The notes under the pieces were generated by a model, which saw only the letters and a list, made by a program, of their open reading frames with translations, searched no databases and was not told the origin of the DNA. The translations under genes were made by a program, and so were the position numbers. A DNA stretch of 47,750 bases from Tubiluchus corallicola (lineage: Eukaryota; Animalia; Priapulida): assembly GCA_030141605.1 (NCBI GenBank), contig JAQGDQ010001315.1:1-47750 (forward strand), given 5' to 3'. Below are positions 12,099-25,406 of this stretch, piece by piece; within the stretch, counting starts at the first letter, position 1; each line of letters opens with the position of its first letter.

Positions 12099-14185
12099 TT
12101 GAAAACACAGGAGCAATTACATATCTGTAAAATGAGTAAATGAAATATAAACTGTAGTGACAACTTTGTTTTATTAAAATAATTACATACTGTGAATGTA
12201 GGGCATATTGACTTTCATGCACTGACTTTAGTATTTCCATTATTCTAGTATTAACTACTTCAGGACCATAGGCATTTGCTGCATTTTGCATAGGTTCATT
12301 ACGATGGATTTTCATGCAAAATTATACATGAAATGCACTTTCTTGCCTAAACAAATTGAAAATCGACTTTTGAGGAAAAAATTGGTAAAAAGCTTTCAGT
12401 TACTGCAATGTGCAGTATCACTTTGTTGGAAATCGGGTAATGCAGAAAATTTCACTTATCCGGAAACAGAACACTCTGATACACTTCGGCCTCAAGTCTA
12501 CTCTACGTTTAAGGAGAAATTTCTGATAAAAGATAAAATTTTGTCTTTAGCTAATCGGTTGGTTTTTCAGCTTGAACTCTGTACAGCTGATAGTTCTCTA
12601 GGGCTGTAGTAAGCAGGCGATCAACAAAACAGTGTGTTCAATCGATCATGCAAGTGTACACCAGCCTAAATAGCTACTGAATAGGTAACTTTGAGTGCTT
12701 GAAAAGGGTGCATTTTCTTAATTGTATCACTTGTTTTTCTTAATTTTATCCAATTAAATCACTTATAAATGTTTAAACAAATAGCATGATTGGATAGCCG
12801 AGCTTCTCTTGAATAGCACAGTACCAAATTTGTAATCATTAAGTTATTTTCGTGCTCGCACAGTAGCAGAAAAGTCATAGGTCTTACAAGACCTATTCTG
12901 AATGGTGTGATCCTGCTTTAGTTTTGAACGGGTTATTTTTTATTTTTGTTTAGCTCCGATAAACTAATATTAATGAAGATATGTCTTGAGTATACAAGTC
13001 AAAGTCTTATTTTTGGTACTTTGATTAATCTCCCACATGTTTTGGTTTTTTGGCTACAAATTTGGTTGTTACCAATAGCTTATTTTAAACCTCAACTGTG
13101 CTAACACGATCATGCACTGTGTGTTTGTATTGTTCTTCTTGTTGTATGGTCATATGTCTAATTATGAGTGCTAGAATATTCATTCATGTTGTTCTGAATA
13201 ATTAGCAATTCTTTTAACAGCAGGTATCTATCAGGCGAAACAATCACAAATCAGTTTGCAAATGACACCTCATCATAAGAGCAATTTATCAGACCTTCCT
13301 CCTAATATCTTTGTTGAGCTAAATAAAAAAGCTTAACTCCTGGTTTTTTCCGGAATCAACACCTAACCACCTGAATTTTGTATTTTGCAGAATAAAAATA
13401 ATTTATTTGTTTGCCTTGCAAACAAATACAAAAAACTATAATTATAGCAATATTCAACAATATTTAAAGAAGAACAGGAGGGTAAAAGACCAAAATGGTT
13501 ATATGGTCTGCCATCCCTAAGGGGACCATCCTTAAGAAGAAGGCAGTTTTCCACAAGGCAGTTTAACTAATGGTCCCTCGTAATTTTTTAACTATACCCT
13601 ATGCTTAGTCTATATACTAATGCACACTATTCCTAATAATTATTAAATAAAATCCTCACTTAAAATTACACACTAATCATAAATGAACAAATTATCATCA
13701 TCATCATTATCATCATCATAATTTGCCATGCCTATTAGGATATACAGAATTCTAAAATGAAAGAAATTTGCAATACATGTAACCGCAGCAGTTAATCCAA
13801 CAAATTCAACTAGATACTATTATGCCAGTGGCTTATCAGCACCACATCCGAGCGATTACCGAAATATTACTTCAATTCTTCATTTCTGTAGTCACATATC
13901 CTCTGACATGATTCTTGCAATCACTTTAAGCAATGTCTAATGGTGTGTTGATAAGATCTTTTTGAATGAAATTAATGTAAGTCAGCAACTGTCTTTCTTG
14001 CGGTTTCTTTTCCTACTTCAGTGTTTCCTTGAAAACTAATTATATCAACCTGTCGTCTGGTAGTCGTATAACAAGACACGTCCTTCCTAATTTTGTCTTT
14101 TACCAGATTGGCGTCTATTTCTTATTGCGTTATTTTTTCTTCTATTTAAATATTTACATGAGCTACACACATCAACATCATAGCG

Positions 14186-14920
14186 CCGTTGGGCGCCCAG
14201 TAATCCACTAGCCGAAGTAGGACAATTGGCGTACATGGACAAGCGCAAGTAGGATGCGTCGTACATGGGCTAGACCAAGTAAGACACATCCTAAGGACCC
14301 TTGACAGTCGTTAAGCGTACTGGCACGTCCATTTATGTAACAATAATAATTAAACACGTCATTACACGTTGAATAATTTATTATACATCTGATAAAATAA
14401 AAGGATTTTATTCTGAGCTAGAAGAATTAATATTTGCCAATATTAATCTTCTTTGAAGTAAAATAAGCGCACTTTTTAGGCGATTCCAACATTGTTCAAG
14501 GTATATCATTTTTTTATTTTGTCTTGCTTCAAAGACAGGAAACCCTTTTCACTCCCTCTTGAACAAATAATTGTTTTCTACTAAGTAAATGGGTTAACGA
14601 CTTATGTGCTTTACATAGTTTCTCTCTTTAAAATCATTAGATTCTTAGTTTAATGTTATGATGATATTAATGGAGCTAATAATAATGATGATATTGTTGT
14701 GAAAAGTAAATTGTCAAGGACTATCCATCATTATTATAAAGTTACTTTTTTCTAAAACAAATTTAGTTTTACGTTTTATTATGTCATAGATCTCGATTCT
14801 TGACAGAAATCGCTAGTGCCCTACTTGGGCTACCCATGTGCGACACTGCTTTTCCGCAAATTTAGCACTTGTTCTACAGGAAGCCCTATTTCGGCTAGTG
14901 GATCACTCGGCGCCCTACAG
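14186..14920. mobile_element. MITE with long imperfect TIRs
   Basis: Left GGGCGCCCAGTAATCCACTAGCCGAAGTAGG; reverse complement of right GGGCGCCGAGTGATCCACTAGCCGAAATAGG. Weaker similarity extends about 100 bp. No clear TSD. Confidence 0.75.
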
Positions 14921-16489
14921 CAATCATCATCCAAACGTTCCAATGTGGGAAATCAACATAAATTTGCCAGAATTCAACGCCGTGGATAGATTTAGCTGAA
15001 GCGCATACAGACGCACCGGAAGCAACGAAACTTACACTAAATGAAACAATGGAGTAGATATTGAAATAGCTATAATATTTTATCAACTAAATAAATATTA
15101 AACTGATAAAAACTTTTTTCATTAATTAGATAGGTTTAGTCTGTACAGACTAGTTGCGCATGGTGTGCACAACTGTTGAATAGGGCTAAGCATTCTCTAC
15201 CAGAACGCGAATTCGAATTTGTGGCTTTCGAATTGAGATTGAAAAACTTTCGAGTCACCAGTAAAAATTAATTTTGCAGAGATCATGCATATTACTCTGC
15301 TCTAAAAACGCTTGAAATTGTTTACAGAACTCGCAGCAAAATTAGTTGCATGATGTTTCAATCATTTTAATGATAAAGAATTGTTGTGACTGAAGTGCTA
15401 AATTATTCGAATCTATAGTTATAAGATCTATAGTGCTAAAAACCTGCAGAAGGAGAAATGTCAGCACACTTAGATTTTGCACAGAAAGATTTAAACACTT
15501 CAGCAATGATCCTGAGAAATAAATGCACTTTATGAGCCCTGGCATAGGGAGGTGAACAGAATCATGTCCCTGGACGTATGATTCATTAGATGATGATGAT
15601 TCTGATTCCTGAAAATAAGTTAGGTTATGGCTGTCTATGCTAAGGGCCCCGCCATTAAGGGCTAGCTGGTGCCAATGCAACTGTGATGTTGGTTAGTTTT
15701 TTATTGTTCAGTAAAAATCAAAGACAATACCAAACATTTGTCTACTTTCCTACAAATCTTTTTGTAGCTAAACAAACATCATTACACTGCAGGTGATTGC
15801 AACACATGATTATTATTACAACTGTTACAAGATTATATTACTCAGATGTACTGTAAATGTGTGTTATTACAGAGTCAGTCAAAGAGAACAATGATCTTTT
15901 ATTGACCTCACATTTAGTACACACACGATGATTGTTATAAAACAAAGTAATAATAAATAGTAACAAAAGCTTTGAAAAGGACAATAACAATAAATACCTG
16001 CTTTATAACTAATGTTTTCAGAAGAAAAATAGTAGCAACAATCTGATTTGAAAAGAAAACAATGTTTTTTTGCTATTAGCTGTCCTTTTTGCTGTTTTAT
16101 TTCTTCTGAGATTAAGATATTCTAGACACTTATCTCAAAAATTTCATTTTGCTCAACATCTGCCGTAAAAATATACGTAACTTATAATAATAATACTTTG
16201 TTCATAAAAAAAAATTGTAGCCGGCAACTCACTTAAAAAAGTTTATTAGAAGATTTCTATTTAAAAAGATATTTTTCATACTGCTGTACATTTGCGAAAC
16301 ACAAAAAGTAGAGAATTTACTTACAAAAATATAGTTTTTCAACATTTGTGCAGTTTTCATTCATGTGAAGCTTTGAAAAATGGCTCTTGCTGACGAAGAT
16401 GTGGACTTGGAAACAGACAAAAAAACCAAGCAAAATGGTAGCTTCCAGAAGCTACTATCAGAATAGTATAAGAATTAAGAATAGGAGCT

Positions 16490-16748
16490 TTTTACAATTG
16501 CTGTACTCGTTTCTAGACAGAAAAGGGTGTAATGAGTTGTAAAATTAGATTTTTGGTGTTTTTTTAACATTTTCTTGATAATTTGATGCTAGAATATAAA
16601 AGTCCAATATATTTAGCGTTGATTTTTATAAAATGCAAGAAATTGACATTTGACCAAATTCTTGGGTCATTCCACTTTGAAGCATCACAACATAGTTTTA
16701 ACTATGCTGACTTATGGACGATTTTCGTATGCAAGCAAAAGTACATAT
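16490..16748 (-). mobile_element. Partial inverted copy of the 1741-2312 MITE family, just downstream of the 16-finger ZNF stop codon
   Basis: Matches the reverse complement of ~1741-1950 (ttttcttgataattt..aatatatttagc..ctttgaa.catca.aac.tagttttaactatgc). Confidence 0.7.
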
Positions 16749-16907
16749 CTCAATAATACAAACATTGACAATGTGCAGTCATCCATTTGTTAATTACTTA
16801 AACAACAGAGTCAATACACATGATAACAACAGAAAATAACTGTGTAAGGTCTGTCACATGGATGAGAAGATAGCACTGAGTTGTTAAGATTAAATAGTAT
16901 AGTTTTC

Positions 16908-18692
16908 TTATTTGTGAGTCTTCAGGTGACGCTTTAAACCAGTAGATCGGACAAAAGCCGCACTGCACAGATCACACTTAAATGGCTTTGATCCAGTGTG
17001 AACTAGTAAATGTTGCTTCAAATGGCTTAAGCAAGTATATCCAGCATCACACTTCGTACACTTAATGAGTTCACCAGTGTGAAGTCGCAGATGACGTTTC
17101 AAATGATTAGATCTAGAAAAAGCCATATTACACTGAATACATTTAAATGGCTTTTCTCCTGTATGAATTACAAGATGGCGTCTCAGGTCAGCTGCTCGAT
17201 AACAGGCGAATTTACATTGAGTACAGTTAAATGACTTTTCTCCCGTGTGAGTTTTTAAATGATGTTTAAATGAACCTGAAAATGTAAAAGCTGCACCACA
17301 CTGAAAACATTTGAAAGGCTTCTCTCCTGTATGAATTCTAAGGTGCCTCTTCAAATGACCTGAATTAGCAAAAGCAGCAGCGCAGTAACTACACATGAAA
17401 GGTTTTTCTCCTGTGTGAGTTCTTAGATGTACTGCTAATGACCCTGACTGTGTGAAAGTTGCTTCACACCTGTCACATTTATAAGGCTTTTCTCCAGTGT
17501 GAATTCTTACATGTCGTTCCAAACGGCTTAAATAAGTAAAGGATGCACCACACTGGTCACACTTTAGAGATTTTTCTTTATGACTTTTTTGATGTTTCCT
17601 CAAATAGCCTGGCTGACTAAACTCCGCATCACACTGACCGCATTTAAAGGATTTCTCAGCTGTGTGAGTACTTCGGTGACACTTCAAATCATATAAACGA
17701 GTGAAAGCAGAATCACAGTGGTTACATCTGAATAGTTTTTCTCCAGTATGAGCTTTTATGTGTCGCTTCAGATTACATGACCATGTAAAAGCAGCATCAC
17801 ACAAACTGCACTTAAATGGCTTTTCAGCCGTGTGGATTCTTAGGTGTGCCTTCAGGGTAGCCTGTTGAGTAAAAGAGCCATCACATTGGTTACATTTAAA
17901 AGGCTTCTCCCCTGTGTGAGTTCTCAAATGACGCTTCAAATGGCTAGACCTGGCAAAGGCAGTACCACATTCACTGCACTTAAATGGTTTTTCTTGTGTG
18001 TGAGTTGATAAGTGTTGTTTCAAAACACTCGCATATGTAAAAGCAGAATCGCATTGACTGCATTTAAATGGTTTCTCTCCTGTATGAATTCTCAAATGTC
18101 GTTTCAAGTCACTTGACCAACTAAAAGCAGCTTCACAATGGTCACACTTAAAAAGCTTTTCCCCAGTGTGGTAGCTTGTGTGGCGCTTCAAAGAGCCAGG
18201 GTGAGAGAACTGAGCATGGCACCACTCACACTCGAAACATTTTTCAGCTGTACAAGTTTTTAGACTTTGACTTAAATTGTCACCGCCGTTTCCGGCCGAA
18301 GCATCGGGCTGTGTCAAAGGCTTAGTCTTGGCGCCTGTAACTTTATCACAGTCAGTGGAAATATTGCAATCATTTTCGATAGACAGAAAGGCAGCTTGAA
18401 TACCATGATACATTGCTTCGTCATTCCTAGTGTTTTCTATGTTAGCCAATGAAACACTGAGTTCACTTTTCATAGGTATAAAATTAACTTGGGAATCCAG
18501 ATCACATGATTTGCCGCTTTTGAAATCTTCAACATCATCTTCTGAATCACAAGGTTGAGATTTTACTCGTGCAAAATCAGTTTTTGTGTCCTGGACTTTT
18601 GACTTATCATTATCACAATCTTCGTCGTTGTTCGTCACATGATTAGGTTCAGTTTTAACAATTGCAGGATCTGATAGCTTGGCCTGTTCCAT
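16908..18692 (-). CDS. Tandem C2H2 zinc-finger protein (16 fingers, ~594 aa), single coding exon
   Basis: Sixteen C2H2 fingers with TGEKP-type linkers. Acceptor gtttgttttacag ends at 18717; first ATG (MEQAK) at 18692. The frame is open to the acceptor, so an upstream coding exon is possible. Confidence 0.93.
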   Translation of the reverse strand: MEQAKLSDPAIVKTEPNHVTNNDEDCDNDKSKVQDTKTDFARVKSQPCDSEDDVEDFKSGKSCDLDSQVNFIPMKSELSVSLANIENTRNDEAMYHGIQAAFLSIENDCNISTDCDKVTGAKTKPLTQPDASAGNGGDNLSQSLKTCTAEKCFECEWCHAQFSHPGSLKRHTSYHTGEKLFKCDHCEAAFSWSSDLKRHLRIHTGEKPFKCSQCDSAFTYASVLKQHLSTHTQEKPFKCSECGTAFARSSHLKRHLRTHTGEKPFKCNQCDGSFTQQATLKAHLRIHTAEKPFKCSLCDAAFTWSCNLKRHIKAHTGEKLFRCNHCDSAFTRLYDLKCHRSTHTAEKSFKCGQCDAEFSQPGYLRKHQKSHKEKSLKCDQCGASFTYLSRLERHVRIHTGEKPYKCDRCEATFTQSGSLAVHLRTHTGEKPFMCSYCAAAFANSGHLKRHLRIHTGEKPFKCFQCGAAFTFSGSFKHHLKTHTGEKSFNCTQCKFACYRAADLRRHLVIHTGEKPFKCIQCNMAFSRSNHLKRHLRLHTGELIKCTKCDAGYTCLSHLKQHLLVHTGSKPFKCDLCSAAFVRSTGLKRHLKTHK

Positions 18693-19685
18693 CTTTGCCA
18701 CCAAGATGTGTGAAATCTGTAAAACAAACTAATAATGATCACTGATTCTCTTGCAAAAAGATGTCACGAACTTAAATTTCGTTTTCAGTTGATTCTGTTT
18801 TCCAACAATGGATGTATGTTAAGAATAAAAGCAATTGATGTAATGTGGTCTTACAAGTAGACAGCAGCCTCATGGTACTTTAAGAATAGGGGTGTAGCCG
18901 TTTCTAAAGCTCGGGGGAGCAAGTGCAAAAAAGGCATGAAGACACATGAAGCAATTATTTTTTAATTTTCTATACCACAACAGACAGTATCTGTGTGAGA
19001 AGAAGATATAATAGTAATTAGATGTGGAACAATTTGATAGTTGGTTCAATTAAACAACCTTGACAAATGAGTAGCATAAATGCATGGCCATTTTAGAAAT
19101 ACGGAGGCAGGTTGGTTGAATGAAGTAACAATTCAATTCTTCCAAGACCGAGGCGAATAATAAAGGGTTCACTTTTATCGCACAAATAAGCTAAAGAGTA
19201 AAAAAAATTGTTAAAAGTTGCCATTTTTGAAAAATGTGCTCAAGGGAGGGACTGTTCTCTTTGCTATCCTAACTAAAAAGGTTAACTGGCGTAGAAAAAT
19301 TGTATGATAACAACGATGACATATTTGCTGTGTAACAAATATGTAACCTGCCAAAGTTTCAGTTTTCTTAACAAATAAAATGATGCCAGCCACTGTAGCC
19401 ACATGACTACTTAAGTGTAACTTATGACTAAAAAACTTACTTTTCACATTTTTTAACAATATTCTTAAATAGTGAATTTTAATTAAGTTCTTATTTACCG
19501 TTCTATGGTACTTTTATGTACTAAAATAAATGTGATATAAAGTGGATAAAAATAATAGCTTTTAGTGATTCTGACGTTCATATCGTCTTATTTCATTAAG
19601 TCAGTAATTTCTCCGACGATTCTAGATCAAAGTTTAAATGATTCTTGGGCCAGTCTCTGCTCCTTCCTGGTCAGTACATGCATAA

Positions 19686-20101
19686 CGGGGGCGGAACTTG
19701 GAGGGGGCGAAGGGGGGCGGGCGTCCCCCCGTCAAAATTTGCGCCCGCCCTGCCAAATCGGACAAACAATTTTTTTTGCAGTAGCCCAATAATATTTTTA
19801 ATCATTAAAGTTTGTCACCGAGTTAAATTATTCTGACTCGGTTTGGGAGATACAAATTGATGAGCCACCTCCTGATTGGACATTACCGACTCTTTGCTAC
19901 TCCTTAGCGACTCTTTCCCACGAGTTTGCTGCATAAAAGGGCGTGATTTTTGAGCACATTTCATCATTTTAATGCAGTATTTCAATTATTTCATCATTTT
20001 TATAATTTCCAGTATAAAAGGGGTTAAAAATTGGCTTAACCACTATTTAACCACTTCGGATACCTCCCCCCTCCTGCTTGCCACATCTAGTTCCGCCCCT
20101 G
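19686..20101. mobile_element. hAT-superfamily MITE (416 bp)
   Basis: TIRs C(G)GGGGCGGAACT / AGTTCCGCCCCTG and a perfect 8-bp TSD ATGCATAA at 19678-19685 and 20102-20109. Confidence 0.92.
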
Positions 20102-22454
20102 ATGCATAATATCTATACCTGTCAACTGAAAGTTTCATGGATTTTGCTTGCGACATCCAGCATTCCCAAATGTAGAGTCCATGACTGTCAACAACCCAAT
20201 GATGTCAAAAAGACGAGCTTCTTACTAAAATGGAAATGGTGTTTAATAGAATTATTTTAAATTGCACAAATTCCGGGTTGAAGTTAAGGGGACTAATCAT
20301 TAATGCAGAAGCAAAAGCGCAAAAGCAGAAAAATTAAAAAATAATCCAACGAAATGAGACACCAGGCAGCTAGTGCAGCCGGATTTGCAGACTTTTGACT
20401 TTTGCAATAAACAAACAAATTACTGTTTCTGTTAATGAGCAAAATTAAATACGACCGTAGCAGTTTTTAACGTCTTTATCTACAGTAATAGACAAGGCAA
20501 CAAAGTCTATAGTAATAGGCAAAGCAATGCATTTAGCAATAAAATTTTGCCAAAAGTATTGATAGTAAAATAAAAAAAGTTCTATTACGAGATAAGGAAA
20601 GAAGTATGTAATACAAAACTTTCTAAACAGTTATGTTATATCGCATTACACTTACCTGTTTGAATGACTTTCATATTTGGAAAAAAAGTTGTTCACGCAA
20701 GTTAGTAAACATCACTGACTCACCTTCCCAGTGTGCATCACTGATTCACCAAATACATATATATATTAGTCTTATTCAGCTGTGTATATAAATCTCAATT
20801 CAAAGAAATCTAAAAATATTGAAAAGTAGTGTAGCTACTACTAAATGCATTGTTTGAAACTGGAACAAATGAATACTTTGTGTGGAAATTTCTTCACATA
20901 GAAGATGAAAACTGTCTGCTATGACAGACAGACAGTTTATCATATCCATTTGTATCATAAAACCAAATTGAAATCTTCCATGACAAAAAAAAATGGATTA
21001 ATTAAACATTATGCATTTTCTAGCAATGTGGGAAATCTTGGGGACGATGCTGAGAGTCACGAGCAGCTTTCACTGTGAGCGCCATCACCTACTGTTGTAT
21101 CGCCAAACAGATACGTTCTTAACATGATGTCGCATCCAGTTATATGTAAGCAGTTATCTAAACATGTTGATGCTAGTTTAATTGGTGTTGATTGTTTTGT
21201 TGTTTTTCCATTAATTACTTGCATCCCTCTCCAATGAAGGGGGAAAATGATTTACAACCATTTACAAACAGCATTTATAAACACTATGTTGAACGTTCAC
21301 ACTTGTTTGAAATACGATGCACCGCAAGTGGTACATCTAAAGGTATACACAGTGAGGCAACACAATATGCTGAGGTACTTCGCGAAATGGAAGGCCTACA
21401 GCCCTACAAGGTGAGGCGGCAGCAAGATGTCGAGCAAGCATGAACGTCTCACATAGTGCAAAAGAAAGGTAAACAGTTCAAAATAGTGAGTTATCAACAT
21501 AAGAAGCTATGCCTAATTATAGCCCCCGCTATGCCCGACAGACCTACCACTATATATATTACTGTTTATTCGCTAAGAACCGGAATTGTTTGTAGCCATG
21601 GTTTTACTAGGTGGTTTAGTCTAGTGGTAACGTGCTATTTGTAGCTACTATTTAGGGTAACAGTCGGGTAATAATTTTGTGTGTGCATGTATATGTGCTT
21701 GTGTGTACATATATAATTTATATACACTACATCTGCAGTAGTGATATTAGTTAACATAAAAAGACTAAATACTCCCTTTTCATAAATATTATCATTAGTA
21801 TACCCTTCCTGTTCTGATTTGTGTAAATTGACATTACAAGTTTTAAACTGATTCAGTTTTACCAACCGTTGCCTACTGGTAATCATTATGTTTTGATGTA
21901 ATAGTTATATAACAGCTGTATTTTTCCACAGCCAAACATGTGCTAATAATACCTTGTAGTTGTACTGCTGTAGTATGTAACCAGAGCGTGTAAATGAACA
22001 TGTAAATAACAACATAGAATTTGTTATGGTTGATAATATGATATAACTTTTCTATTTTTGTATGAAATAAATTTCCTAGTTATAGTCCCCGTTGTGTAGT
22101 TGCAGTTTGTTATCTCTCTGGAGCTAATGTTAATTGTTCTTACAAAAAGCCGAATTTATATAAAGATTATTATTATGACAAGTAGAATCAATGCATTACG
22201 GTGAATCACTTATTCACTTAAGCTGCAAACATGCCTCAGTTTATCATATAGCGGTTGAACAAAATGCAGATCTTCAGGAAATGAACCACAAGGAAAAATT
22301 TATAAAATTAAATAAATTACGCTTTCAGGCTTTTTGGTTCCAGCAACATGGAAAATCATCATAACCAGTTAAGCCCTGACGCTCAGACGTTAACAACTTT
22401 TTCCCCGACTGATTTCATGTATTACCCATGTGCCATGAAATCTGTACTTTTAAT

Positions 22455-22556
22455 TGATTGGCTAATGTTTCATCCAGGCAGGTTTGAAATTAGTCGCAAC
22501 GCGCATGCGCTGCTTTAAAAGCAACATCGTCGCTGTATCTCTCCGGAAAACTACAA
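22455..22556. promoter_or_regulatory. Possible promoter-like motif cluster
   Basis: Inverted CCAAT (GATTGGC), NRF1-type palindrome GCGCATGCGC at 22501-22510 and ETS-like CCGGAA. Further GCATGCGC/GCGCAT motifs at ~22690 and ~22886. Confidence 0.35.
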
Positions 22557-24188
22557 CAGTGCTCTCTCTCTCTCTCTCTCTTTCTGTCTCGCAACAACTG
22601 CTACACTGCTACAAGAATTACCCCCTCTTTCTCACACACACTCTCATTTTCTCTCTTAACCACTGCTACGGTGCTACAAGAATTACCAAGCATGCGCAAA
22701 ATCTCTCCCTATATCTATCCTTTACACCTCCATCCCTCTCTCTAATGCTGCTACAAATGCAACACTGTAAGTTTCTCACGAACAGCTGAGATGTGAAGAG
22801 TTACAATAGCGAAGTTATGAACGTAGTTTATATGCTGTACCTGTGGTCTCTCTCCCCCTGTCTTCCTTGTAACTTTTATAAGTTCTGCGCATGTGCATAT
22901 GCGTGCGCGTGTTTCTCTTACTTCATCTCTCCCTTTTCTTTTTACTTATAAAACAAAGCACGAGTAAATGAATAAAAAACTCATTCTCTAATCGTTCACC
23001 TTACAAACATCATAAGACTTCGACATTTTTCTCTCATGTTTACACTTAACTGTATTAAAGTAGAGTTTAAAAGAATCCAGGTAATAAAGTCACAGGTAAC
23101 CCTGCGAATTCAAGTAAATCAGTTGCTTTGTTTAAGAAAGGTATATTAAGAAAGGTATAAATGTAAAATTGAAGTTATTTCAAAGCAATCATTGAATGAT
23201 ATGTAGTTCTAAAGGCTAGGTTCAGAAACGACAGTCTAAAAGGCTATGTACACTGAATTTATTTCTTTGAAGATTGTTTGAAACCTTCGTATGTGACAAG
23301 TGTGCATCTTCCTTGCTCTTTTTATTTCATATTAAAATACAACAACCACTGTAATATCATATTAAATACATTTGAGTTTAAGTTAAAGGAACAATTTTCT
23401 GTCTGGTTGCTAGGTTTTTTGTTTCGTTTTTAAAAAAATGTTACCTTAGAAATAAGCTGAAACGGTTTTAATTGTGGCCAATACCTTGCTATATTACGGC
23501 ACTTAGGGTTTTGTATTTAATTATACTTAAGCGAATTTTGATGAATGTAAAATTGTATAGGTTAAGTGAGTTTCCACACTTGCGACAAACAACAAACTTA
23601 TTACACAAGTGAAACCATTATGCACTGAGAATGAGAAGAAAAAGCAAACGTATTCTGCTTGTCAAGAAGATTACTAATAAATTTGATTTATTATTATACA
23701 TGAATAAAAATCCAAAATAATAATATCGCAAAAAATGCATTACATATGTTGTAAGTCTACTCCGTGAAGGTAATCACAGTAATGTATAGACGATTAGATT
23801 ATTATGTATACCTTTATTACATCAACTTTATATAATATATAAAAGATTAAAATTCACTGAAAACACAATGACAGAAGAAGAGACACTTAAATGATCAATG
23901 TTGTAATAACAGTTTTGTATAATAATTATTAACAGTGGTAATATCGATATTGGTTAATGAATATATTACTAAGCAGAGTAAATATGTACATGAATATTGT
24001 TTGCATTTCTAGGCAGAAAAATGATAAATTTCCACTCTATTTCCACTATGGGCTACCTAGCAAAAAACCTTGGCTGGTATGAACGAAGTAATATTAAAGC
24101 AATGGATTGTTAGACGTATCTCCTATGACACTATAATAATAAGGAAAAAATGAAGGAAGACTTTTAATATTGTATTTTGTTCCCTATT

Positions 24189-25382
24189 TTAGATGTTGTG
24201 TTTCGCGTCCCAGTGGAGAATTTGTTTGTGAAAATGTTGTCTGTAGTAAGTGTGGTATTCAGTTTGGTCCAATTCCAATTTGACGCATGCATCTTGCGCC
24301 AAATCTGCTGGTGACGTCTTGGATAAGGTTTTCGTTGAACTATTAAATTGCCAAATCCAAGGTTTTGCAGATCCGAGAACTTCGCTTCAATTTAATGGGA
24401 CGTGAGCCTTCTGAGAGTTGGATGCCCGTACTACTTTATTACGCGAGCTTTAATTCTAGCACCTGGAAACACAAGTATTAGTCGTAAGATTTCCACATTA
24501 CTAGGTGCATCGACAGTTTTCGTAGCTAAGACCTGGCTTCTTTTCTCATCTATTAACTCAAAGAAAACTGATGATACAGTTTGTGCGTATGTTATTAGGT
24601 GTTCCGCTTGTTTGACAAAACATTCTGTGACAATCCTGTCGACGTCTGCGTCTTCTTTAAATATTGCATCATGCAATATCTTGTTCAAGACAGCTACTCG
24701 AATGATGAGTTCAGTGCTTTTAAGATCTTTCAGTTTTTCCCCTGCTTTCAACTCTTTGTTGTATTCAGTGTGGCTTTCTCTTATCAATTTATTTAACCGC
24801 TGATTTATCATCAAACTCCTAAGTGATACCTTCAGCTTGGTGATGTCGAAATAGAGCGTCCTCAACGAACTTCTCTTCTCTGTAGTTTTTCTCTTCAAAT
24901 TTTTTGGCCGCTTGTTCTGACTCTTCTGGCATCGGCAATACCGCCAAAGGATTAAGAAAATGAATCCGTCAATAAAACCGTCACCTCGGCAGGTTGTTTG
25001 GAGACGTTCGCAGTACAAATCTGTTTGTATAGCCCCAGCTATTGAGATGTTGCATGAGATCAGCGATATTCGCTTGCCAACTGGAGACGGACTGGTTCAC
25101 TGCTCTAAGCGCTAGCAAACAACTGCACCTCCCCAGAACCATCTCATTGCTCTCTAAGGTACATCCATACTTCGTCGCTACTAATAAGCACGTTTCAATG
25201 TTCGTTCTTTGGCTACTTGCTTCAGTAGTCCCTCTTTGGTACCACTTTTGAACAATATGTTTACCTCTCAGGTTTTCTTTGTATGAGCCAGCGGCTTTGT
25301 AATCACTGTACTCTCAGCTCTCGTTTTCCCGCATGATGGTGGCCCAGCATCGATAATGAAAACAGAAAGTAGTTGGGTTTGT
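24189..25382 (-). pseudogene. Decayed DUF3987/YfjI-like P-loop ATPase gene
   Basis: Across stops and frameshifts: Walker A VFIIDAGPPSCGKT (25322-25345), GTKEGL, Walker B VLISSDE (DE at 25171-25176), ISIAGAIQTD, GDGFIDGFIF, KSTELIIRVA and C-terminal FSDLQNLGFG. Preceded by the acceptor-like ttttttgtttcag. Confidence 0.7.
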
Positions 25383-25406
25383 CTGAAACAAAAAATAGTA
25401 CAATAA

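Noticed and set aside
13521-13578. Tiny Harbinger-like inverted repeat GGGACCAT...ATGGTCCC
   Set aside because: Too short and no matching TSD, so it cannot be supported as an element.
15342-15680. 112-aa ORF or possible exon (ESESSSSNE after an acceptor-like tattttcag)
   Set aside because: No domain or convincing donor found. It could be UTR sequence.
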